Shown in pieces: positions 42,155 through 58,963 of a stretch of DNA of 64,000 nt. The DNA is taken from assembly GCA_951406725.2 (NCBI GenBank), contig OX597816.1, forward strand, positions 28,396,001 to 28,460,000, given 5' to 3'. The notes under the pieces were generated by a model. That model had not been told where the DNA came from and searched no databases. It saw only the letters and a list, made by a program, of their open reading frames with translations. Origin of the DNA: Octopus vulgaris (taxonomy: Eukaryota). The position numbers were made by a program, and so were the translations under genes. Every line of letters starts with the position of its first letter. The first letter of the stretch is position 1.

Positions 42155-42437
42155 ACTGGACTGCGGCCATGCGGGTATACCGCCTTGAAGGGTTTCTGTC
42201 GAATAGACCCCACGATTTTTTCTTAAGCTGAGTACTTATTCCACCGTTTGCTTTTGCCGTACATACCTACATACATACACACGCACATACGACGAGCTTC
42301 CCTCAGTATCCGTTTACCCAATTCACTCAGAAAGTTTTGGTCCGTCTGAGCCCTGTCCAAGGTGTCACACAGTTGGACTGAACTTAAAACGATGTGGTTG
42401 GGAAACAAGCTTATTACCATACAGCCACATTCCGCCT
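42155..42437 (-). mobile_element. degraded, internally deleted CORE-type SINE (family C)
   Basis: gactgcggccatgc..ccgccttgaagg..agtacttatt..ccaaggtg..atgtggttgggaaacaagcttattaccatacagccac. Confidence 0.7.
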
Positions 42438-42644
42438 ATCCACACATGCACACGCTCACACACACGCGCGCATACATAGTGAAATAGAGAAAGAGATAGA
42501 TAGATATGCATGTATTCCAGATATAGGTATGAACATAGAAATATACATGCGTATAAGCACGCGCCTACATTCTCACCTACATTCTCACACAGACAGACGC
42601 ACACACAGACACACAAACATACACACACACACACACACAAACAC

Positions 42645-43940
42645 ATATGTTGGCAACTACACACATACAAACACTTGCATTCACTCACGCACACGCACTC
42701 TCGCCATTTTCTTTTTAATTTTTGAATTTATTCCGTTTTTAAATTTTGGAATCTATTATTTTCGAGAATTTTATTTTTCAATCATTTTGGAATCTATTTT
42801 GTGTTTTTTCTAGTTAATTTTAGTTAATGTCTTATTTATTTTCAGTTCATTAAAATGGAATGTCAAGTTAAGAAAACCGAGCATTTTTGGCATCTTCTTT
42901 TCTCTTTTAATCAAGGTTCTAAGACAGCAAAATCTGCCCGCGATATTTGTGCTGTGTATGGAGAGAGTGCCATAGCTGGTTGTGATTGATATGCAAAATT
43001 CAAAAATGAAAATTTTGACCTCAAAGACGCCCCTCGTTCTGGCCGTCCATTTGAGTTCAATGAAGAGCGATTAAACCAACTTCTGCACGAAAATATTCGT
43101 CAAACTGCAAGGGAACTGACAGAGAAAATGGAACGCCCCCACACTGCTCTAGAGAAGCATTTTCACTCGATGGGTAATGTTCAGAGGTATGGAGCATGGG
43201 TCCCTCATGCTTTAAGTGACAACAACAGAAATCAACGGGCTACAATCTCCGCTGGTTTGCTTGCTGGTCATTGCTCAACTCATGGACACAAGCAAGGATT
43301 TCTTTACCGAATCGTTACTGGCGACTGAAAATGGTGCCTGTACTTCAATATGAAGCAGCGTAAGGAATGGCTTAGCCCCGTTAAACAAGCGACACCGCAT
43401 AAAACGATGTTTTGCGTATGGTGGGACTGGGAAGAGATTATCCATTACAAATCGCTTGAACGGAACCAAACGGTCAACGTGGAACTCTATGTTCAATAGG
43501 TGGAACCACTCATCACGGTTATTCAAGAGAAAAGATCTAATCGGCAGCATGGAGTTCTGCTGCACGACAACGCCTACCTTCATATCGCCAATATGACCAA
43601 GGATGCCGTTCAAACGCATGGCTGTGAAGTGTTGCTACACCCGCCGTACTCTCCTGATTTGTCAGCAACGGATTTCCACCTCTTTCGATCTCTTTCAAAT
43701 GCTATGCAAGGAGTTTCGTTCAATACTGATGAAGAATTGAGAGCTTGGTTGGATCAATTTTTCGCGTCGAAATCGGGTGATTTATACCAACGAGATATTG
43801 AAAATCTTGTTGAACGTTGAGAAGAAGTTGTAAGCAACAAGGGTGAACACATTATTGATAAATTAGTTCTTATTTTTTTATAATACCTTTTAAAAAATTT
43901 AAATAAAAAAAAACGGTGAGAACTTAGTTGCCAACCTAAT
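42645..43940 (+). mobile_element. near full-length decayed mariner (DD34D)
   Basis: MECQVKKTEHF.., WVPHALS, RIVTGD*KW, LLHDNAYLH, HPPYSPDLSATDFHLFRSL. Right TIR aaaacggtgagaacttagttgccaacctaata-ta. Left TIR remnant tatgttggcaacta. Confidence 0.95.
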
Positions 43941-44007
43941 ATATATATATATATATACATCTTACGTATATACCTGTATATAAATACATATCCTATATAC
44001 ATATATC

Positions 44008-44039
<32 letters not shown>

Positions 44040-44103
44040 TGTATGTATGTATGTATGTATGTATGTATGTATGTATGTATGTATGTATGTATGTATGTAT
44101 GTA
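44008..44103. repeat. (TATG)n microsatellite
   Basis: Pure run. Confidence 0.95.
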
Positions 44104-44710
44104 TGGATGTATGTATATATATATATATATATAATGTATATATGTGCATATATTCGTATGCGTGTATGCTTGTTGAGAGTGTGAATTGGTGACATATAAA
44201 GAAGTGATTGGTAGTGAGATATTGCGAGCGTATAGTAGACTATTAATTTTAGAGTATTCGCATGATCATAAGGAACTTTCAATTTTTCACCGTGTCGTTT
44301 CTTTCTAGTGCATCCATGAAGAACATCGCTATAGCCTCGCAAAAGTATGAATGTATATGTACATATCAGAAGGTGGTTATTGGTGTTTTATAAAGAATGA
44401 ATTTCTACAATAGCTCACACTTTCTGCCTACTTTAGATTGCATGAAAATCCCATCAGTGTTTCTAACTTTATTACTAGTAAGCCTTTTGTTGTTCCAGTA
44501 ATATCGTACTTGAAAAAGCACTTGGAAACACATGCTTTGATGATTCGTTTCAGTTATTAGGAAAAAAAAAGACATGACGGTAGTGTGATAACAGAAATGA
44601 AAACATAATGAAAAAACTATACAATTATAGGAATATTGCATATTGCAACCGCGATATTCTTATACGAGATGAAGTAGGTCTATATGAATATGACGTATGT
44701 GTATATGTGC

Positions 44711-44748
<38 letters not shown>

Positions 44749-44784
44749 TGTAATATATATGTATAGATGTATATGTTGTATATA

Positions 44785-46136
<1,352 letters not shown>

Positions 46137-46192
46137 CATATATATAGTGTGTGTGTAATATATGATATATATATATATATATATATATATAT

Positions 46193-46310
46193 TCTGTTGT
46201 GTCTGGGGAGAGTCATTTTTTTTGTTCCGTATAATTTCCACTTATTTCTCATTTCTATGTTCCTAAAATTTTCGTTGCGTCCTGCAACCTTTTCAATAGT
46301 CTGAAAATTA
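46193..46310 (-). mobile_element. Penelope-like fragment with hammerhead-like motif (U3-A8 variant)
   Basis: Minus strand cta-TTGAAAA-g-gttgcaggacgcaac-GAAAA-TTT-tag (46263-46299). Abuts (TA)n. Confidence 0.5.
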
Positions 46311-48120
46311 AAGGAAAATTGGTTTCCCTTCATGATGGAATTTCAACTGGCGGTTGTCCCTTATTTGCTGAATCGAAACAAATAAACGAAGATACCTTAT
46401 AAGCGCCCTGATTGTATTACGACCATCTCATTCGACCTATGAAACATTAGATGATTCTACAGGCATATGTGTCCGCAACGGAAAAGTCAGGTAAAATCAG
46501 CATCGTACCCTACGACAGATCTGGGCCTCTTACATTACTGTACGATTTCCAAACACTTACAATCCCTCCAAAGATTAGAGTTAAACCGACAGAACTACAC
46601 ACTCGATGAACAAGCCACTGCACGCGGGGACCTTAAACAGGAAATCGACCAACTTGAACATGGCTATCAAATTCCTCAAACATTTCAACATAGTATCTAG
46701 AAAAGGGAACCTTTGGCAGTTTCATTGTAGATATGCAAGATGTACACGATAGTGGAAACTCCAGTTGCCATGAGTTGGTTCAATAAAAACTAAATATAAT
46801 ATACGAGCAACATTTGAGTTGCTTATTTAATTCAGTCTGTCTTATTCACTTTCTGAGTTTCCGTGAGCCATTTATACACTTAGGTCATGTTGAGGTCATT
46901 TACCAAAAATTCTTACCTCTAAGATAAATATCTTCACAAAAAGATTAATACTTCTTGCAGCTGTCACCCTGTTTACTTATATAATAATTATACAGCATAA
47001 AATCAACATGTTAAATTTAACATACACACACAAAGACACACACACACACAAAGACACACACACACACGTACATATGTATACAAATATGTAAATATATTAC
47101 CCTAAACCAATATATATACATATATGTGTGTGTGTATATGTGTGTGTATTCTTGTGTGTATGTGTGTGTTTATGCGTGTTTACTACGAAAGAATTCCGTG
47201 AATATTGATATTTATTTCAATTCATATATAAAATGTTTCTCGATTTTCGCAGCCGTGATTAGCCTCCTTTGTCCAGATTCTTTTTATGTCTTACATCCTT
47301 ATATCAGGCATATAACTATTAAAAATCTGTTCTCTTTTTACAAAATCAATATTGATATAGGATATTATGAGATAATTTCAATCCCATGAACCATTTGAAT
47401 CCTTTCTAAATAATATATCAGTTTTCTTTTGTTTTCTAAAAAAAAAAAAATCGCCTGATTGAAGCTTTGTACCGTACTCAAATAATTCATATTATAACTA
47501 CTATATTTACCTTTAAGTGACACGTAACACAAACTAAATCAACAATCTACAGGTTTTTGAAAGAAATTTTATTGCATTTGTGTTGTCCAAGTAGAATGAA
47601 ATACGATTTGGTTTTCACTTGTTACATCTGTCACAATATGGTAACGAAACTAATTTCAGTTGTCTGTCCTTTCTCTTGCTGCTTTCAGACATGTCTCATA
47701 TTGCTAGCTCATGGATGTTGTTTGTCAGTCGCCCTACAAACACATTACGTCTTTGTCTTCTTAAACTATAATGAGCTTAGCATATATCCTGTGACACTTG
47801 TCTGTGTATTAATCTAGATTTCTCATACTTAATCGGATTACATAATTACGTGTATTTCACTTAAATTGCTACAATACACTGTTTGACATATCATCACATA
47901 TATTAATTTATATATGGCCTCGGGTATGGCCATGTGGTTAAGACATTTTCATTACAACTACTTAGTATCGTGCCCCTTTCCACTTCACAATGATATTATT
48001 TCATAAACCCAGCAAATCTCCGTGGGCAGAATTGTGCATATCGGATTGACCATCCTGCTCTTGGGCAATAATCATGATCATCACGCGGCTTTACACTAGC
48101 AACTTGGCATTATCCACTTT

Positions 48121-48356
48121 AGGCGGTGAGCTGGCAGAAACGTTAGCACGCCGGGCGAAATGCGTAGCCGTATTTCGTCTGCGTTACGTTCTGAGTTCAA
48201 ATTCCGCCGAGGTCGACTTTGCCTTTCATCCTTTCGGGGTCGATTAAATAAGTACCAGTTACGCACTGGGGTCGATAAAATTGACTTAATCCGTTTGTCT
48301 GTCCTTGTTTGTCCTCTCTGTGTTTAGCCCCTTGTGAGTAGCAAAGAAATAGGTAT
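48121..48356 (+). mobile_element. SINE family B monomer with TSD
   Basis: Young copy. Imperfect TSD attatccacttt / attgtccacgtt. Confidence 0.9.
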
Positions 48357-48589
48357 TGTCCACGTTATTGCTTCCACAGTGATGGAAGCCCTGAGGTCAT
48401 GCTTACGGCGTGTTGTAAAATTCCTGCCTTAACTCCTATGTTGACTTAATCTCGTAATACTTCTAACAGTTTTTATAATTTTCCCTATTGGTGGAAAACT
48501 AAGCTGTGCAGACTGCAGTAAGTGTGATTCTCTGTAGCCACTATCATCCAGGTTGCAAAATGTAGTGTTACTGCAAGTCTGAAGTGAAC

Positions 48590-48700
48590 AAATTTATAGA
48601 CAGGCCCATAGAGTATTTTCATATAATGTGCCCCACCTTAATAGTCATCCGTCTGTTCAACAGGCCATAATATAACACGTTCAATAATTTAATTAGCATA
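48590..48700 (-). pseudogene. possible RTE-like LINE remnant
   Basis: Fragments LLRWG/GHI and KILYGP resemble the RTE C-terminal RLRWAGHV..KILYG. Very degraded. Confidence 0.25.
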
Positions 48701-49679
48701 AAGTATCATCAATGAATGGGATTGGTGGGCGAGATTTGATTATTTCAATCCATTCAATCCGTTACAGTAAAATCTTTTCCCTGTCGTATGTTAAAATCCT
48801 TCAATATATATTCTACACTGAGAAACATCCAAACCTCAGGTATTGAATCACTGAATGCTGCTCTCCTCTGGGGAACAGAAAGTAGAGCAAAGCATTTCAT
48901 TTCACGCTATTTCAGTCCATTTCGTTGGCAAACGTGAGTATTTCTAAGATGGACCGGTGCCGTGTCCAATGGGGAATATATACACCACTGAATCCAGGAC
49001 ACCCGCCCTATGGATTTATATGACTTGGAAGGAGCTTCATCCATTCGAGGACTACTTAAATGTGATTTCCAGTTGAAGCTAACAATGTTTTATGCACGTG
49101 GAACAACTTCTCCATATAAAGGAAAAATATAAATTTCATCGCTTTTAATTTGTCACTAAAACTCTGATATACTTGCATATATCTGCATGTGAATGTGTAT
49201 TTGTGTACGTATCGAGATAAGGAGGGGAGGGAGAGAAAGAGAGAGAACGAGAAAGGGAGAGAGAACGAGATATATTTGAATTTTATTGTATTTCATAGTT
49301 ACAAAGATCTATTATTTTATAAATTACTAATTGAACTCTTCTGTATGTAAATTTTCGTTTTGCATTCCTCCATCTTAGTCATGCTTGTACTATTCCAGTT
49401 GTAGTGATTTTCATGTAGCCATATTGCAATATTTCCGTCTGAATGACATCATGTTTATTCCATTTCATTAGCGTCCCAAAATATAATGTCGTTAGGCAAT
49501 AACTTCATTTTGACCGACTATGCAATAGGTCAAACAATCATTTTAATAATGAACGTAAAACGTGCCATTACAATTCATAAACGTTATTATATTAGAATGA
49601 TTGCAAAAGAAATATTTTATTCGCATCCTCATATCTTCGTAATCCTCTCTCTCTGTTCCTTTTTTCTGTCTGTCTGTCG

Positions 49680-49760
<81 letters not shown>
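49680..49760. repeat. (TCTA)n microsatellite
   Basis: Pure run. Confidence 0.95.
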
Positions 49761-49899
49761 CCCATGTAGATTTATATATATATATATATATAAGTATTAC
49801 CACTTCAGTTGTTTATCAGCTAGATATCAATTATTTATATCTCTATGATTCAGTGGAAATTACAGCTCTGAACTAATTGTGGTTTCTGATTTACAGGTG

Positions 49900-50100
49900 T
49901 TGAACTGAGTCATGAAAGGTGTTGATGTCGAGCAGTGATGTTATTTGAAGACGCACACCACGGAGACTGATGAAATAAAGTAATTTATGTTGATGATGCC
50001 CATCATAGACCTTGTAAACGCTGGATCGTGAATTCAAACATGGTCGGAACTTGGAAACAGCTCCGATAGATGAGGCATCTGTCCCAAGTTGATATTTGAA
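49900..50100 (+). pseudogene. possible RTE-like LINE 3' remnant
   Basis: HRPCKRWI..LETA resembles GRP.KRW.D..A.DR..W. Weak. Confidence 0.25.
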
Positions 50101-50472
50101 GATCGATAACTACGTCAAATAGCCATGAGGACAAGATATACGGTTGAACTATCATTCATGACCATTATATGCATGCGCCAGATGGATTCCCAGGTCCACA
50201 TTTCCAGAAGCAAGAACGCGTCGATTGGAGGATGAATTTGAAGATGCAATATCAAATTTTCAAGACTATACAGGATGAAACCTGTCATTATGATCAGACC
50301 AAAGCAAGCAGTGGAAGCCGTGACTCATCTCCAAAGAAAGCAGTGCAGCCCCGCTGGCATCATGCTCACAGTATATATATATATATATTATGCTTCACTA
50401 TAGAGAAGCTATATATATATATATATATATATATACACAAACGTACATATATGTTACTTATTGAACGCCCTG

Positions 50473-50534
<62 letters not shown>

Positions 50535-51442
50535 AATATACACACATACATATATGTTTGTATGTATGTATATATGCATGTATAGACAAATGTATGTATG
50601 CATGTATGTATGTGTATATACACATACATATACACCTACACGCACGTACACACGCATGCACATTCACAGGAAACGAATTAACTCGTATATCAAGTCATTA
50701 CTGTATAGAGGTATGTTGGGTTGGTGGAAACAGGAAAAATGGAGTATATGTATATTTTTATTTAATTTTAGCAGAAGTAACACAGAATGACTCAAGGTAC
50801 GAGAGTTTCGTGCGTAGAGACTTATCAAATGTTTAGTACTTATATACGCACACAAAACGCCAGGATGATTACTAACTGCTGTAACGGAGAAAACATGACT
50901 GGATTCTACAAGAAAGTGTATCAGACTAGTGTTAATTTAGATTTTTATATACTGTGATAAGGAGAATGTTAGATATTCATTTGTCTTCAAAATGACTTCC
51001 GTTACATTTTCCAACATATAGTTGCAGTTACATAAATATTGACATCAGTACACTATCTGGAGGAAGCTGTGATTCTCCATTTTCTTATCTACTAGCAATG
51101 GACGTATGTAGACGAAAGTATGTTTGTGTGGGATAACTAGATTTACTAAAAATATGCCTAAAACATATGAATTCAAACAAACATATGTATTTCTGAATAG
51201 ATAATGTACACATGCAAAATTTCTCAAATTTTTCAGTTTTCTCTAATTGTGAGACAATTATGTTTTCTTTAGAAATATAAGCGTAAACAAGCGAAATTGA
51301 ATGATAAAGCGATAGAATATGTAAGAAGGAAGAAATAATCCATTTAACATGTTACTTACATAGTCCTATTTTCTTCATAGAAAAATATATTTATCAACAC
51401 ATTCTATAGTTATATTTGTATACATGATTATAATATGTATGC

Positions 51443-51488
<46 letters not shown>

Positions 51489-53924
51489 CTACTATATTTA
51501 GTTAAGTAAAATGTTATCTCTGTTCTGCGCTAAACACAACGATATGATACATATCTCTTCCATGTATTATACTATAAGCAGTATAATGTCGTACATAAAT
51601 TCCAAGACACTAAATATAGTCTTTCCTTAATCCAAAGATTCAATTATTGATGATAGAATCATGTAGCTGATCAGCAAACAAACTGATCGATCTGATTTCT
51701 ACTGATTATCATGTCTTTTACTTGTAGATTTATTACGTAATACATTTCCACCTGATAGGATTAATTTCCTTATCCTTTTCATTACATTTTGCAACGTTCA
51801 GTGGGTTCTAGCTCGGAAGAATTTAATCAGATTATAAAATTTACATTGTGAAATCTTCAGTATTTCAAAGAAATTTCGCAAAATTAATGTTTTTTCCTGT
51901 ATGTTATAATTCATTAAAAAACTTGAATCTCTGTCAAAACATTTCAGTAAATAAGTCATCTGATATATTGCAGTTCACTTTCTATCATCACTGCTAAGCG
52001 ATTAACTTAAAACCCGTTTTCGGAAATGCGTGTATTTTATCATTATAACTATTGAATGCGATTCAGCCTGGCAATAATAAATATTGGTCCTTTTTTTCCT
52101 TTCCATTTTCTCTGCCGTTGTGCCCCTTTGATAATATAAATATAGATCCTGCAGGTCTACAGCCAAAGGCATTCATGCCGATTTACGTCAGTGGCTTTCT
52201 GCTATTAGGCACTCCATCGTCATGTGTGTTGTTGTCTTCTTCAAAATGACGCTTTGTAATTTGAAATTTGCTTTGTTGCTACTTTTCGCTGGCTAATAAA
52301 GGCTGCAATATTGTGTGAATACCATAATTTTGTGAATTTCTTTGATGACATCTGCAAAATAGTTTTGGTAATACAAAACTATTTTTTTATGAACAAAGTT
52401 AAACATAACGACATGGCATTTTATTTTTGCTCACCTCTGGAGCTGCGCTGTAGAAACTATCTACACGTAGTCGTTATTTCTCACTCACTCACTCACTCAC
52501 TCCTTCACTCACTCACCCACTGACTGACTGACTGACTGACTCACTCACTCACTCATTCACTCTCTATTCCTTCCTCTCTTTCTGTATCTTTCTCTCTCTC
52601 CGTATATGTTTTGTGTATGTGTTAAGTATAAAGATGGAGTTAATGTAGACATAGATATGGTGCATTGAGACATTTATGATTCGGAAGAGAATAACACTTC
52701 GAAAATTTCCTTTAAATAGGTTACACTCCGTGAAACATAAAATTACAAAACATTCAGTTTTATTACATAATATAACATAATTTCCAAATACTATAATATA
52801 ATATACATTAACCTAATAAATTGTAATGTACTATAATATGTAGTATAATACAATAGTATAAAATATAATAAAATATCTTTATTCAGGCGGCCGCAAGCAA
52901 GTTGTATTTCACCCTCTCGTGCCAAGAATTTCGCTTTCATAGTACTCATGTCAAATCCTAAGTTTCAGTCCATGTGTCTCTGACTATACTATCAATATAA
53001 TTAAGTGCCTTCATCTTGTATTAGGTTGAGGAATTCCATAAAACATAGCACCTGATATGCTCAGCAGGAGACCAGTAACCAGAAAAATTTACTTCCTGTT
53101 GAATAACATGTTTTAGACATCAGCGGCAACCTTCATCATTCAAGAGATCATTGGGACCCTTCTTGCAAGTCTATGTTTCGTTTTCATAGAAACAAATGTT
53201 CTCTATGTAATGAAAACTGCAAACCTTGTTGATTTTGATATTTTTTTAATTATCAGATATTTCAAACTTTTTATCAACAAATTAGTCCTGTTATTTGCTC
53301 AATAGGAAGGCTGGTTTCTCTGAGAAATATAAGGCTCAGTTAACTTGGATATACTGACCAGCTTGAGTTGTGTGCCATGTTTGGGCCAAATTAGCAGATG
53401 ATTTTCTGTTAACGGCCAGTTTTCTTCCACATTGAGAAACAGACTGACTTTGACTGCAATATTCTCTAATGATGTTAACAAAGCCTTCCGCTCCACTCTG
53501 TATGAGGTGCAAAGGCAAAAATCATCAATATAGTCAAATACAATGTGATCCTGACCCTACTAATGCCTTGATCGCTTATGCTTAATAGTGAGCCGTTTGT
53601 CATGCATAGCTGCAATGCTCTACCTAAGAATGTAGTCCAGTAAAATCACAGACAGAAAATGTGTTAGGACGTCTCGTAACAGTGGTTACTACTATTGTGG
53701 GAAACTCTTTAGTAGGACCTTTTGTATTTCGTTCGTTATTTGATGCGTTTTCTAACGTGATGACGATTAATATGTCAGTTCCTCTAGGATACGTTAGTTC
53801 TACAAGACATGTAACATGACTCATCTTCTGATATTATGAATAGGCCGGGGGAGACTTCAAATAAAATTGATATTTTAATCAATTGTATCATAGTGTAATA
53901 TATTATAAAATAAAAATGCGATGT

Positions 53925-54140
53925 TAAATATTTACGCCCGCGTTCAACCGCGCCGAAATGTTATTTAACCAAACATTTTTCGAAATCAGTTTATACTTAA
54001 GACCTCTCCAGACACATAAGCAATCTGCGTTGAAGTTAAAGAGTAATCGGTTGGGCCGTTTTGGAGCAAAACGAGGACATACGGATACACACACACAGAC
54101 AGACAGACATTTTCAGTTTTAATAAAATATAAAATCCCAT
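53925..54140 (-). mobile_element. non-autonomous Helitron/DINE-like relic
   Basis: acgcccgcgttcaaccgcgc ... aatcggttgggccgtttt ... cagacagacagac ... ttttaataaaatata. This combination of GC-rich end, (GACA)n and AT-rich end is typical of such elements. Confidence 0.5.
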
Positions 54141-54736
54141 ACGCAAGTCGCTCAAAAATTTGTAGACAACTTTGATATATATATATATATATATATATAT
54201 CATTAGTATTGCCAATTAATAAAAAATCTTTATATCCACAGAGATATTCTACTGACATTGTGTACGTAGGAAACCCAGGTGTAAGTAAAATATCATCCTT
54301 CTTATATTTGCCCGATCTATATAGTCCAAGATTGGCGATGTAAAAGTGATGTAATTAGAAATCAGTACATCATGTCATTTCCAAGTTTTGGTTTTATTCC
54401 TTCCATTTAACTATTATTACATGAAAGAAATGGGAAATAATCCAAAATAATGCACTATCCTACGAATAAAGTACCACTTGAAGAAAGGCAATTGTTATGA
54501 TTAGTTGATGCGTATATAAAAAAAAATAAAGCAACGACAATAAATTATTGCTTTGTTACTCATACATAACTCAACTTTCAATAAGCAGACATAAATGTAT
54601 TCCAGTTCTTTCTACCAAATAAGACATTCCTATAGATATGCCTTCTTCCTGCAATTTATTATTATTTTAAGAGAGTTGAATCTAATCTGAGTGCTATTTC
54701 ATCGTTACTTTTATTTGGGATTCATTTCCAGCGGTT

Positions 54737-54751
54737 ATAATAATAATGATG

Positions 54752-54810
<59 letters not shown>
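54737..54810. repeat. (TAA)n microsatellite
   Basis: Direct observation. Confidence 0.95.
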
Positions 54811-54811
<1 letters not shown>

Positions 54812-55142
54812 TATTTCTAGGCATTAGACCATTTTTGCGCGCGTGTGTGAGTGTGTGTGTTTTTGTGATTTTTCTTGAATATGTGTGCGCATATGTATTT
54901 AAAAAAAAATTCCATCAACACATTACCGTTGTTCCATCAGGACAAACTTCCGATCTGGTTATTTCCATCTGATGTAAGTTTTCTATACAGACATGTACAC
55001 CTATTCTCATACCGAATCGGAGCCATCATGACACAATAGGCGTCATATTTGACATATTGAGTTACATCTAGTATCTATTTGACAAAGTTCCACAAGTGTC
55101 CGTCAACTTAATGTCAATCACTATAATTAAGTCACGGATAGT

Positions 55143-55850
<708 letters not shown>

Positions 55851-56690
55851 ACTGAAAAAATGTATAGAATAAAAGAACAAGGAACATGCCTTCCTTATTT
55901 TAACGATTTTTTTGTTGAAATTACACGTTTAATTTAACTACACCTAACTAAACAAAACCACATTATACAATAGAAATAGCAATATCTCAACGTTACTGAA
56001 ACATCAAGTATTTCAGTTACTTTTGATTGGAAATACCTGGTTTTCATTGAAATCTATGTTGTTATAAACTTCGAATATAACATATAGTATTTTATGTAGC
56101 AGAAATATTTCTATTATTTCATTGTATTTTTCTTCTTTACATGCTTTTAACCTTATATTTTAGAACGGTGATTGATAATACGAAAGGTAATGTGCTATCT
56201 AAAACATTTCATTTTCATTGTATACACATACGAAAATTACGAATATGCAACTAGAAGCGTGGTTCCTTGTGCGAAATATATTATAATCATATTAATCCTT
56301 ATTTGGGAAGTATAAAGTGTATAGAGCAGAGACATATAATGTCACCTGCTTCTGTTATTGTAAAAAATATTTGTTTTTGATACTGGAAAGATTTAAAAGG
56401 ATATTCATAAGTTTCAAAATATGAATCGCTATTCATACGAATTCTGACAGTAAGGTGAATCAGAATATAACAAGGAATCAAATTACATGCATATACACAC
56501 GTACACACCTTCTTCCTCCTTCAGTCATATATATATACATTTGTGTGTGTGTGTGTGTGTGACACAAACATATTCATACACACAGACACACACATATTCA
56601 GGAAATATACACAGTACAACTGGAGTAAATTATGTTTCTTATGTATCACGTATACTAGAACTTAATATCTAGAGAGAAAATATAATTCAT

Positions 56691-56735
<45 letters not shown>

Positions 56736-56751
56736 GCATCAACTAATCATA

Positions 56752-56919
56752 ACAGGAGTGGCTGTGTGGCAAGTAGCTTGTTTACCAACTACATGGTTCC
56801 GGGTTCAGTCCCACTGCGTGGCACCTAGAGCAAGTGTCTTCTACTATAGCCTTGGGACGACCAAACACTTGTGAGTGGATTTGGTAGACGGAAACTGAAA
56901 GAAGCCCGTCGTATATATG

Positions 56920-56982
<63 letters not shown>

Positions 56983-57200
56983 ATGTTTGTTTGTTTGTGT
57001 TTGTCCCCCTAGCATTGCTTGACAACCGATGCTGGTGTATTTATGTCCCCGTTACTTAGCGGTTCAGCAAAAAGAGACCGATAGAATAAGTACTGGGCTT
57101 ACAAAGACTAAGTCCCGGGGTCGAGTTACTCGATTAAAGGCGGTGCTCCAGCATGGACGCAGTCAAAATGACTGAAACAAGTAAAAGAGTAAAAGAGAAA
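56752..57200 (+). mobile_element. CORE-type SINE (family C), full length
   Basis: caggagtggctgtgtgg..ggttccgggttcagtccc..gcaagtgtcttc, internal (TA)(TG), tail gtaaaagagtaaaagag. Confidence 0.9.
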
Positions 57201-57429
57201 GAGTAATATATATATAATGTTGGGACTGGGGGCAAGAAACGTACTGGCGGTGGGGAATGACCGACTTACATTCGTGAAGGAACGAATGATAGTTCAGGAA
57301 GACGTTACACAAAAGTATTTGAGCTAGCACTCCAAAGCACTCCACCAGCAACCCACGCTAATAGAAGGGTTCAGAAAGAGTACCCCAGACAGACCGAGGA
57401 GCGGGGGTGGAGGGAATTATCTATTAGCA

Positions 57430-58830
57430 AGACACTAATTTGGGTAGGAATTATTGAAATACGAGTTTCGACTCAACAAGAAGTTTAAACCAGATGGAGA
57501 TGCAAAAGCAAGGAGGGACGAGAACTCACTCTCCGTTGTAATGGTTAGATCTTGCCGAAGTGTAACCAAGCGTGTCTCACTAGCTACACCTAAGTGCATT
57601 GGAGTTCTACCATGTACCAAGAGAAGTAGTGGGACTCAGTGTAGAGGAATTCCAAGTCACAAATGCTAAAGCAATCATTATATTGCTTCTGTATGAGGAT
57701 GAGTAAGTCAGATACACCAACGAGAGAATAAAGCGTGGCAGAAAATGGATATCCCAGGAAGACGTGAATGAATCGTCGACATACTGGAAGCAGTTGGAAT
57801 GTTGGTGTACTCTGGCAAGTACGGCTAGGACTTGGCAACCACAGCAGCAAGAGGTGTAAAATCATCAATATCAGTAAGAGAGAGCTAATACTACAAAGGA
57901 TCCGTGATTCAACTTAGGAGGATCGCTGGATGAAAGAGATGTCCAAAGCCAATGGGTATAGTGGAACTAGTTACTCGAGCGCTTACAGTCCTGGGAGGAA
58001 TTCCGAAGGACTGACTACGGAAGACTGTCCTTCCCCACTTTCATGCTGACGCTGACCTTTCGTCAACTTCAAAGAAATTAAACTTTTAGATGAAGAAGCG
58101 GTGCGAAGCAACTCGTTGCACCTTCGTGACTGGATGCCGTAGGACCCTGGGATTAGAGAGATACAACTGGTGGAATCACAAGACTTTTGCTGAAATTAAT
58201 GTGTGCCCTGAACTGCAAAAAGAGAGTTTATAAAACCAGTCGTTACCATCAAATAGCATTAAATTCCTAAAGGAAGCACCGAAGAGCCAAAGGTTACAAC
58301 AATAGTAAGGACCGTTTTCTATATGATATTCTATATTGCATTCTACATTGCATTCTATATTGAAGACTGTTTTCTATATTGAAGACACAAGTGGACCTGA
58401 AATCCAGATTTGTCATCCCAGTGGCAATATTGATAACTCCACTCCGACAGGCATGTTCTTTTTTTCTAGGAGTACAAAAAGAACCATCGTGTCATGGGAG
58501 GACAAATCCGAAATTTCTCACTAGATGAAGAAGCTAAAATAACAGGGCTTCGAAGTCGTGACACAGGACAAGAGATTGCATTCAGTCTCATTCCTCATTG
58601 AGGTCGGCTTCCGTAGTTTTCCAGCTGGATTACGGTGATATTTCGAGTAGAAGATAAATATGGAATTGAAACAACTGAAGAAAGACGGCTATGATTCACA
58701 AGAAAATGAAAGTGGAACCCTTACGCAGGTGGAGGCTAGTTCAGTCCTCAGTGCATAACCCAGAAGAAGCGTTCATACTAAGGGATGAAACGCTTGTGCC
58801 CCTGAGATACCATGAATTGATTTCGACGTG
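57430..58830 (+). pseudogene. decayed HERO-type (R2-superfamily, RLE) non-LTR retrotransposon, 3' part
   Basis: SVEEFQVTNAK, IKRGRKWISQE, VRLGLG, VTGCRRTLGLERYNW, VDLKSRFVIP..LR, SRSTKR..VSWED, LIEVGFRSFPA (cf. TVPWEE / VEVGCRGF) in order. 3' stem-loop aagcgttcat..atgaaacgctt. Confidence 0.85.
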
Positions 58831-58879
58831 TTTCCGGCACTGCTATGCATTTCGAGTGCTTGCAAATCTCAGAGTAGTT

Positions 58880-58880
58880 G

Positions 58881-58963
<83 letters not shown>

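Noticed and set aside
52870-53830. Possible CR1-like remnant on the minus strand (IIREYCSQ)
   Set aside because: There is only one weak motif, and I could not reconstruct ordered RT motifs.
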